DNA of 64,000 bases from Chrysomallon squamiferum. Its lineage: Eukaryota > Animalia > Mollusca. Below the pieces are notes generated by a model. That model was not told the DNA's origin. It saw only the letters and a program-made list of their open reading frames with translations, and ran no database searches. This document shows positions 53,538 to 64,000 of the stretch, in pieces. Position 1 is the first letter of the stretch. Each line of letters opens with the position of its first letter. Both the position numbers and the translations under genes were made by a program. The stretch is from the NCBI GenBank assembly GCA_012295275.1, contig CM022670.1:26102001-26166000 (forward strand), given 5' to 3'.

Positions 53538-54104
53538 CAGTAATAGCTCGTTCTCGCTGACAAAATTTGAAATAAAAAAAAAAAAAAAATACGGAGAAAA
53601 AATCCCGCAATTTAGACATAAATGTTTTAACAGATCATAGCTATTAAACAAACAGTAAATCATTTACAAATCAGTTATACAAATAGATTAAGAAATAATT
53701 ATATGCCGCTCATTGTGGTTTCATTTTTCTGGGGTTCGTGTTCATTTAAGCTATCTTATTTTGTTTCTAAAGTTATTGTCTTCCGTTTCTTTTTATCATC
53801 AGCTTTCGCCGATGTACTATAATACTGGAAGGGTAAATTACAAAAGTGTTAAGTCTAAATGGAAGCAGAAGAGAAGAGAGAATCTGAACACTATATGCAC
53901 CTACGGCCGTCTACATGTCAACTTATTAACACAACTGAGGGAAGATCTAGCGCGTGACTGAACGAAAAACGAACGGACTTAAACACGTGCATTGTACCTA
54001 TGTGTACCATTTATTTCGGGAAAATTAACTATTAAATTTCTTTTTTTTTTTTTACTTGTAAAAAAGATCGTTAAAGTGGGAGATCGTTAAGCGAGGTATT
54101 TCTG
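53538..54104. mobile_element. TA-flanked Tc1/mariner (pogo/Tigger-like) non-autonomous element
   Basis: TA|cagtaatagctcgtt ... agcgaggtatttctg|TA; termini are complementary at 12 of 15 positions. Confidence 0.5.
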
Positions 54105-54902
54105 TATTTGTATAACAAATTAGTGTCACTTTGACTAGTGATTTGTTTAAAAAAGTCAAACAGTTCCAAGATTTAATGACAAAGTTAATTATTATGTGTA
54201 AAATTTTTTACAATTTGAAAAATTCACTGTATTAAATATAGTTTATATTAACTTGACGATATAAAGTTGACAGAGTAAGCTCAGGTCAACAAAAAGTTCG
54301 ACTTATCTAAATACAGTCGGTATAAAGAAGATATCCTTCGCTTTCGTATCAGAAACATGGACATAACACAGAATTCTGTTTGTATACAAGTATTCTGGGT
54401 GTGTTATACAGTGGCCTACAGTTTACTGGTGCGTCGCTTGTTAATTTTGTCGATATCTCATTGACACGCTATCATTCTCGTGCTGTATCGAAACGATTAA
54501 TTGTAAGATGTTCAGAGCTAAGAACATATCACACCACAAAAAAAAAAAAAAAAAAATAAAAAATAATAATAATAATACTAAATTTAAAAAATTAAAATCT
54601 TATCTCTGATTATTCTACTGAGTGAACTTAATATTTATCATGAATTGCCATCTTTGGTGGGTGTGTAGCATTCACGTATCACATGTAAAAAATACAGACT
54701 TGGCATTATGACGATTTCAGAGAGAGAAATAAAAAATTCCTTAGTCATCATGCATCGCTCTGTAGTTATCGACTACCTTTATTAATGAACTGATTAAAAC
54801 AGTTATGTACTTGTGCATAACTGTAGGAAATTAAGTAGGAAATATTTTACGCTTTTTCCTATACCATGTTAAACTTTAAATATAATTTGTACATGTACAT
54901 GG

Positions 54903-54909
<7 letters not shown>

Positions 54910-54988
<79 letters not shown>
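54910..54988. repeat. (GA)n microsatellite
   Basis: Directly visible. Confidence 0.95.
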
Positions 54989-54991
<3 letters not shown>

Positions 54992-55557
54992 TTACTGTAT
55001 CGGTCGCTAGATACTTCCTACATCATTACTTCCATTCAAACAAGCCTGAGCACATTCTTAACTACATTCACTGAATCGGTATTTTCAGACTTGAATTAAT
55101 GTCGTTAATCCAGGCTACCTTACTGTATCATAATTGAAATATGGGGTTCTGGACGATAAAAATAAATCTTTTTACTTAACACGCTACACTGTATGTTAAA
55201 AATACTATTACTTTACATGACTTAGTATGTCGTGTTTTATGAAAGGGAAGTAATATATTATACAGCAGCTGTGTGATACAGTTTTCTTGGTTTTTTTGTT
55301 TTATTAATTTTATTATTATTGTTATTATTAATTTATTTATTTAAATACTGAAGAAGTAGATGAAGAAGAAAAAGGTTCCATTAAAATGCATACGGTAATT
55401 AGTAAACGTTAACTTCACGGCTCAGTGGAAGCGAATTCTCGCGACCCTCAACGTGGGAAACCTGCAGAACAATATCAGCCTCAGTCAGTGACGATCCCAC
55501 TGTAAACACAAGACGAAAAATCAGGTCACATACATGAGTAACTGAACTGGCAGCTTG

Positions 55558-55831
55558 TATATATAGTTATGTATTACAGCAGAGCGGGAAAACACATCGT
55601 CAGCTGCTCTTGGATCACTAGGATTGGAAAACTCGAGTTCAGTGTCACCCTGCCTTGTACGTTTTGCTTCGTTCATAAGTTTATTCTACGTCACGTGCTC
55701 CCAGAACGCTTTGAAGAGATTGGCGGAATTTACAATCTGAACATGTGAAGGGAATTAGTTTCTACACAAGCAGAATTCTTTTTCTTCTTCTTCTTCTTTT
55801 TTTTTTTTTTTCTTTTTTCAACATCTTCCAG
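55558..55831 (+). promoter_or_regulatory. Candidate core promoter (TATA) and 5'UTR intron of the pacifastin-like gene
   Basis: TATATATAG at 55558 in CpG-rich DNA; possible donor gtacgt at 55657; long pyrimidine tract ending cttccag at 55831. Motif-level evidence only. Confidence 0.35.
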
Positions 55832-55998
55832 CGGAAGTTTAGGCGATATTAAAGATTAGGCTGTAAGACATATGGTATTTGATAAAAACGTTTGCTGAGC
55901 GAATGTAGGATTCTATAAAACTACGACAAAAATATTTCAAGTCAAACTTTACACTCATATTCTATTATTTAATATTCTACATTATTTTGAGCCGAATA

Positions 55999-57064
55999 AT
56001 GAATTCTGGATTCATAATATTTTCTGTTGTTGGACTCGCTACGGGATTCCTTCATTACGAACAACAAAAATGTCCCGATAAGTTGTCTATTGCGGACAAA
56101 TGGTTCGATGGCAACAACTGGTGTATATGTACCGACCTCGGACGGTCATGTACCCAAGAAATTGTCTCCATGAGGAAATCGGCCAAAGTGGTTTGTGAAA
56201 ATGTTGGAGAAAAGTGGACTGACGGATGCTACAAATGCAGGTGTCGCCAAAAGGACATCGTGTGTCATGTGGACATTAGATGTGTTCGAGGACTGCCAAA
56301 AGATCCAGTGGACTGCGTGATTCACAGCGGCTGTGTTTGCGGACTGGACGGAGTTCCTTCGTGCATTCAAGATGTTTTAATCAAACGAAAGGCCATCAAT
56401 GAACGATGGATTGTAAACCACATGGGACTGTCGAACACAAAGGAGATTTCGCGCGACAAAAAGGAAAAGAACTGTGAACTTGGTACGCGCTGGTATGATG
56501 GTGCTAACAGATGTTTCTGCGATGCCAATGGCAAAGTAACGTGTGGCAATCCGAAACATGTTGCCCAGAGAGTGGACGGTTTCAGATTTAAATTCATTCT
56601 GTGTGAAAGCGGCCTGGTTTGGGATCAGAACTGTAAACGCTGCAGGTGCCACGTCTCAGGTGTGGCGTTCTGCGCTCGCATTCAAAACTGCACGCGCAAC
56701 AAAAGTAACCTTGACACAGAAATACTGAAAAACGAATGCGAAATAGGTACGGAATGGGACGAAGGCTGTAAACACTGTAAATGCGACCATAAAGCCAATA
56801 TTGTCTGCGACAAGTCGAAATGTAACCCGTCCTTCACCGAGAAGGAGCAAATGTCAGCACAAACTGTAATAAAACCAATATCGTCTAACTTCATGAATCA
56901 CGTACAGATTCCACCAGTCCCCATGGATTATCTCATTAGACGGATTGAAGACAAACCGACGATGTGTGGCAAGTATAAACCAGGTGAAAGATACTGGGAC
57001 AAGTGTAATTTGTGTTACTTGTTCTGAATCAGGAGCACTTTGCACTGTTATGATGTGTAGATGA
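55999..57064 (+). CDS. Secreted Cys-rich protein with 7 pacifastin-like (protease inhibitor I19 / VWC-like) modules; apparent 1-nt frameshift near 57016-57020 (as given, the ORF stops at 57027)
   Basis: ATG at 55999 is followed by a hydrophobic signal peptide (MNSGFIIFSVVGLATG-FL). Repeats follow the pattern C-x-x-G-x-x-W-x-D-G-C-N/K-x-C-x-C-x3-G-x2-3-C. Removing one T near 57019 gives DKCNLC(Y/T)CSESGALCTVMMCR*, a canonical pacifastin module. Confidence 0.85.
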
Positions 57065-58914
57065 GATCACTGACATTCTTGTCCAGTCAGCTCAGAAGTG
57101 CTGTAACGTAGTCTCAGTGTTCCCTTTAAAAGACAGCGACAAACTGTTTACTGTGTCCAGTTTACAACACATTTTAAAAAATTCAGAGATATGAGTACAC
57201 TGGGTTATGATATGATGTCAAATGACTTGCACATTCATAAATATATATATATTCACTGTGTTTTAATAATTAAACACAGATAGGAATTCCTATAATTATG
57301 TGCAGTGCCCAAAATATCATAAACATAAGCTTTAGAAACCACTCTAACGTTCCGTTATGTATCAAGAGTAGCTTTTTTCTTTATCACCTTAATGCGAACA
57401 ACCCAAAGAAATGTACTTTTTAGAGAGGACAGTTATGAAGTGTAAAAGAGCATTTGAAATTTATTCATATGTTATATATTTATTTATGTCTTTGTTATCA
57501 AAAAGCAGATGATGATTTAGGCATATTCAGGTGGTCAAACTGCCTGGAAGAAATGTGTGAACGATTAACCAGTTTAGTAAAACTGTGTTAATAGAAGGTT
57601 TAATGCCATAAGTGATTCATATGTGTATTAAACAGTGATGTTTTATTTCATTTCATTTATTTCGGTAGAGGTTCAGACTTATGGTGGTCATCGGAGGAGA
57701 GGAGAGAAACATTTTTCTTTTATTAACTGTTTGCTAAATTGTTAATGTTAAGAGTAAGTTACAGTTTTATTAATATATTCATTAGGGTATATATATATTT
57801 TTTTCCTCGCGGTTAATGATTTATCAGGATTTATGTCATTTGCCCTCATAAGAAATTTCTCTAATTCTTTTGTTATTTTGGGGAGTTCTAGCCATCAAAA
57901 CTATTTTATTATTATTATTAATTTACACATTTTCTTCCAGTTAATTTTTTTATTTTTATTTATTTATATATAGATATATATATATATATATATATTTTTT
58001 TTATTTTAAAAATTAAAATGATTTAGAGATATGTTCGACAATGAAGACGATTTCATTTCGCAAGAAAACCAATGAATGTGGTAAACATTGATACTGCTTT
58101 TTTTTTAAATACATTTTTCAATTTGTTTATCAATTTACTCTTATTTATGTCATATTTATTATTGTTTGTTTCCTCATTTTTAAAAAAAAAAATTTATTGA
58201 ATGATATGGTAAGGAAAATAAAGCATAAATTTACGATTTGTTACTTGTTTTTGTTTTTTATTACATTATTAAAGGTTTTTCCAGAGAAAACATGTTTTTT
58301 AAAATTGAAATAATTGTCTTCTTCCGAATTATTGTTTCTCACTCGATTTGCTTTCTTCATTTTTCTTTTCTTTTTCAGTATTATAATGCGTATTATGTTT
58401 TGCAGTGTTTCAACGGAAATGAAAGATTATGATTATTCCCATATGTCACAAATGTCTAGACGTGTTGTTTATTTATTATTTTCTTTTTTTCTTTTCATGT
58501 CTGTGTTTCTGACTTTTGTATATCGTGGGTTTAATTATTTGCCGAATATTAATAAGCAAGTCAAGTTTTTTCAAGATATTTCGATATTCGTGTTTCTGAA
58601 TACTTAAATGAGTTTATTCTCCGATTCTTTAAAAACTAAATTAATTTTGTTTTCGTTTTGCTCGTAAAGAAACAGACATTTGTAGCTCAGGGGCACAGCA
58701 TGAATGAACAGTGCTCCTCTTAGTCTGTTTCCCAATCCAGCTGATCATGTAAGGACACGTGTTAGTATATTTACGGAATAGCGTTAATAAAAAAGATATG
58801 CGGTTTTCTCTCTTTATTTGAATGATCATTAGTCAAATGTGCTACTCCGCATAGATTAAAAACACGTGTAGCACATTAAATATTTTCTTTTTTTATTACT
58901 GGACGTTATCCATC

Positions 58915-59021
<107 letters not shown>

Positions 59022-59985
59022 ATGAATGAATGAGTGTTATCTCAGTCTCATTCAGTCGCTCACAACTTCCTCTTTGCAGTCGGTCTTTGCCATTCCTTTT
59101 CCTTCCACATTCTGTATAATCCATCCCCCCATACTTCTTTCTCCATCACTTGCCATTATTTCTTCTTAGCTGTTTAGTCTGTCATATTTCCGAATACTTG
59201 TAATTCGAAGCAGACCATAATACTTTTTTGTTTTCTTTGCTTGTTTATTTTTGCTCTTTTTTTGCGAATGATTCACTGCACGCAGGAGTAGATTGAAATG
59301 TGTAAAGGTGACCGAGGTATATACGCAGTAGAATTTGGTTTACTATGTAGTGAACAGTTACAGACATGATTATATCAACGTGTTAATAAATATACAAAAA
59401 ATAATTGCTGAATGAATGTATGTATGGATAAACGAATAAATAAATTAATGAAAGAATAAATAAGTAAATAATAAAAAAAAAAAAAAATGTACAAACAAAT
59501 AAAAGCATCATTGAAAGATTAAATAACTAAATGAAAAAAAAAAAAAAAATAATAATAATAATGAACGGAAGAATAAACAAATGAATGGACAAATGAATGA
59601 ATGTAGAAAAGCAAGAACGTCCAACAACGTCATCGGCTGTTAGATATCATACGAAGGCAAATGCTGTACATAAAGTTGTTAATAAAATATATTTTGACAG
59701 TTCTAGGGAGGTGCATTAGAACGGTTGTTTTCTTAAATAACTTCATTTTATTTTCTTATTCCCTCTGTGTAAACATTCAATGGGCGGGTTTTGTCATCTT
59801 GATCTCAAATGACTTTTCAAGCAAAAATAATTAAGAAGTAGCATTTATCACGGTGAGTGGAGTTTTGAGCCTCGGTGGCTGCAAAATGTGATCAGTTTCA
59901 GAGAGTGGTATCAATCTGGGGAATAACCGTTCCTCTGAACATTCAATGCGAGTTTCTGTAGACTAGTCAGTATGAATGATACTTC

Positions 59986-60019
<34 letters not shown>

Positions 60020-60447
60020 GGGTGCATTTCGTATTTCTGTACAAGAGTGCGCGTCTTTATGATCTATTTTTCTGTTTTTAACATTAAGACTGTTTTTCAA
60101 CCGAGATTTTTTTATTATTTTTATTTTTTTTGTGCACGCATGCTAACTGATGTGCGTTTTTTGAGCCAACAAGTGTGCGATTTGCGTGCCAAACCGTACC
60201 GTTTATAGCAACAATTAATTTGATTTAATGGTCCGGAACTCCGTTTGAAACATATGCAAGGTGAAATATTTTTATCCAAGATGTCAGTGGAATGTTTGTG
60301 AGTGCAGTTTGAGAAGCTGTAACACGTGATAAAGTGTTCACTAAGTTTTAACATGCGTCCCAATAACCTGAAACAGATCCAGGGAGTGGCTCGCATGGCG
60401 CTGACTTATCCTCCCCCGTTTTCTTCAAACCTGTGCTTCATTTAATT

Positions 60448-60449
<2 letters not shown>

Positions 60450-60518
<69 letters not shown>
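60450..60518. repeat. (CT)n microsatellite
   Basis: Directly visible. Confidence 0.95.
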
Positions 60519-60522
<4 letters not shown>

Positions 60523-61399
60523 AGAGTAATAAAATTCAAATCTTGAATATTATTTCTCTTTTCATTATCTTCTTCTTTTATTTTATATGATTCTGAAAAT
60601 TATACTCATTGTGATATCGACCACCCCCTAACACTGCTGAAATGCTGGATTCGCCACTGATATAAACATCTGTTGTTTTATAACACCACTCATCATTAGC
60701 ACAGAAAAAGAAGTGCAATACAGATTGCGTTTATCAGCCAGGCCGCTGCTGTGTGGTTGAACTATCTGTTTTACAACTAGGGGTATAGGATTACGCTAAA
60801 TTCTTTTACAGTTAGCTAATTACTTACAGTGAAGACTGTTATTTTAATATACCGGCCCTTTTCAAGTAGGAAAATTATTGGGTTTTTTTTTTTTTTTGAA
60901 TATTTTATACGCATTATTTAAAAAAAAAAAAAAAAAATGTAACAATACATTACATAAATTTTATTTTTTGTTTGTTTTGTTTTGTTTCCGTGTTCTTGTT
61001 GTTGTTGTGTTGTGGAAATTAAAAGCATTTCCATTTCAACAATTATACAAACCAAAAAAAAAAAAAAAAAAAAAAAATCTCAAGGATACATATACTGCAG
61101 AAAACTGAAAACGGAGGATTGGTCACATTGTAAACTTTTCCGACAGTTTTTCTTGTTATGACTCCCCGGTGTCCATCACAATTTTTCATCGACCTGTTTG
61201 TTATGCTAACTAGATAGACAGGTCATCGTGTTTTTACGAGTATGACAGGCTAGGTATGTTAAGAGACCCTCTTCTCCCACAATGGCATGACAAACTTGCG
61301 AACATAAAACATCGCATTCTCAGCCAGAAAGGTTTCATGATGGATTGATATGTCTGAAGATAGTCACACTTAAGTAAACATCTTTTAAAAGAGGGTAAA

Positions 61400-61404
<5 letters not shown>

Positions 61405-61491
<87 letters not shown>
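61405..61491. repeat. (CT)n microsatellite
   Basis: Directly visible. Confidence 0.95.
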
Positions 61492-61494
<3 letters not shown>

Positions 61495-63801
61495 TTCTCA
61501 CCATGCAGCTCTCTCTGAATCTCTCTATCTTTGCTCTGCTTCTAATTTTCTTCATTTCTCTTTCTTTTTCTGTCTCTCTTGACTGTCTGTTTCTGTCTTT
61601 CTTTATTAAACTCTGTTTCTTTGACTTTTTATTTCTCTTATAATTTGTCTCTCTCTAAAACTGTCTGTTTTATTTATAAATCTGACGTCTGCATTAAAGT
61701 TCAGTATAAAACAAACCTTCTTACTGAACTTTCCTATTTGTCTGCTTCAAAAATATCCGCGCAGAAGAAAAAAGGTAAACATAATTTCACACCTCGGCCT
61801 CACCTGCGTTCACACCTTCTTCCTTTGTTATTCTGTTTCTTTGATACTGTTTTTTATTTATTACACTAAAACAGTCTTTTGACAAACGACACTCAAGGTA
61901 CTATTAGGATTGACATCCCCTCGAAGCATTTTTAAATAATATTTTTCGCATTTTATATATTGGATGTACAGTATAAACCATTATATTTTGATTTATATAT
62001 TTTGGGGAATTATTATCAGACATTAACCAAGGCTAATTAAAAAATATATTACACTGATTCTTTTCAATAACGATTCATAATTATGGCAATACTTTTCGAA
62101 CATATGTCTTTTACGTAATATTTTTAATACATTTTCCAAAGAAAACATTATTGACAAAGAAGCCATAACCTAATTAACTTAAGCTCTGCTTTAACATTAA
62201 AACAAACATGATTTACATGTCTTGGCATTAATACTACAACTCTGTTCATATATTTTCCAAAATAAAATATTCATTTTTTAGTCTGATGGATATAGAGCAA
62301 TCAGTAAATTTTCCGAATAGACTGCCTATCTTCCACTTATCTCAGAAAAATTATGTACCATTCGTAATTTATTGATTCGAAACTGAGGAAATCGTAGAGC
62401 ATAATCTACAAGTGAGATCTACAGCAAGCACTTCCACTCCTCAATGCCTGCCCGACAGTCGTTAGTTTTTCCTTAAAAACTTTTGACAATTGTCAGACAA
62501 AATGTCACCAAGGGGAGTCGCAGTGTTACATGAAAACAGTGTCGGCTCCGGAGGTAATGACCTGCAGCAAAGCTTTGGCAAAACGAGACGTTTAAAATCT
62601 CATGAATATCAGATGTGAAGTCGCGTTGGCTTTCAAAGGCTGTTTTGTATTTTATCGATGTGTATCAAGTAATTGAAAACTGCACCCAGTCCCCGGGGAT
62701 TACCTAGTCACACACTGAAACACTCACTTACTGTCTGGGTGGGGTGAAATAGCACACCTTGATTATTTTAACACCTTAAAAGAAGAAAAAAAAAAAGTTT
62801 AAATGTTGATGATGTTAAGTATGACGACAACGATGACTTACTATCTAGCTTTAGTACGTGTATCAGTCATCCATCCATCGGAATGTACTTTATTAGGTAT
62901 CCGTGTGTACCTACATACCTACCTGCCGGCCAACCCACTTCCCAGCCTGCGTACGAACCTGAATACGTAGTTGTATACATAAAGAGATATAGTTACTTAT
63001 TTCCTAAACAAACAAAAAATAAAAATAAAAAAATAAAAATAAAAAAATAAAAAAATAAAAAATAAAAACTGAACAGTTTGTCTTTAAAAAAAAATAAAAA
63101 TAAAGCATCAGAACAATAATAAATGAAAGACTGCAAGATTGACCAAATAAATAAATAAATAAATAAATTAATTAATTAAAATAAATGAATAAATGAGTAA
63201 ATAAATAAATAACCAAACTCTCTAAAGGACAAAGTTTTTCTGTCTATAAAATGGTTGTTTGTTAAAAGAAGTTTCAACACTCTGAACGTTTCTTAAATAC
63301 AAGATTGTGAAATACACAAAACGGAGCCAAATTAAATAACGAATCAACTGATTAATACAACACAATATAATTCCAAGTCATAAATAATTAACATATGCTT
63401 ACTTCTTTTTAGCAATAACTGTAAGTTTTAATTTAACTGTACTGAATATTTTTTTTTTTTTTACTTGGCCTTGACTATCAGTAATGCCGCCGTGCTTCAC
63501 AGTGACTGAAATAATTTACCTGTTCTGTTTTCTTATCTAATCAGCAGCAAATTTCTGTAATCTCGACATTTTATGAAAGGGTCAGTGAGTCCTAAACTGC
63601 GAGCAAAGCAGGTGTACTCAGGTGTGAAACTAAAAGTGTAGACAAAAATCAACACCACGTAATTATAATTCATTTATCCACGTGAAGGGAACGTCTGACA
63701 CGTTTTATTAGGGATGATGTCTGTTATTATTTTTCTTTTTATTGTGTGTTTCTAGCTTTTTGGATCTATGTATACCTTTCTACACGTTCATATCGGCAGA
63801 T

Positions 63802-63833
<32 letters not shown>

Positions 63834-64000
63834 TATATTTTTTTTTTGTGGGTTTAAAAGTAAATAAGTCTAAAGTTAAATTCATATTGCGTATTAGTTA
63901 TTTTTGAAAAAACAACAACGACACTCAAGACCATACAAAACTATAACACCACCACCACCACAACACCAGAACAACCACGATAACCACCACCATCCGCAAC

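Noticed and set aside
431-55099. Numerous hydrophobic or poly-K/T/I/ER ORFs (e.g. 4627, 7014, 13794, 15119, 28378, 32074, 54866)
   Set aside because: They derive from poly-T/A, TAAA, ACT, TG, AAT and GA simple repeats; many start at non-ATG codons
56146-57045. Several antisense and alternative-frame ORFs
   Set aside because: Shadows of the Cys-rich CDS with no recognisable motifs
60370-60659. Possible CAGTGGCGGATCCAG-type MITE (right end ctggattcgccactg)
   Set aside because: The left terminus is too degenerate (only gatccag matches) to call an element

Overview
AT-rich, microsatellite-rich animal (invertebrate) genomic DNA; repeat content suggests a mollusc, which is an inference. Two protein-coding loci are supported, both on the + strand. 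(1) A SPATA1 (spermatogenesis-associated 1) orthologue reconstructed by hand as 13 coding exons from 10291 to 47327, with GT-AG introns and consistent phases (2346 nt, 781 aa). It has a conserved N-terminal domain, a long R/D/S/H-rich low-complexity linker and a SPATA1_C-type coiled coil. Its last exon is tandemly duplicated (47069-47167 vs 47175-47327), predicting two alternative C-termini. A cluster of RFX X-box-like motifs lies upstream of the start codon. (2) A secreted Cys-rich protein with an intronless CDS (55999-57064) and seven pacifastin-like modules. Three modules have lost Cys2 and Cys6 together, and the only canonical inhibitor module is broken by a 1-nt frameshift. The rest is intronic or intergenic: decayed SINE copies, MITE-like elements, minisatellites, a long hairpin, and a sharp switch from CpG-depleted to CpG-rich DNA near 52.9 kb. 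Nearly all short ORFs in the supplied track are low-complexity artefacts. No database searches or computations were run; family names come from recalled motifs.
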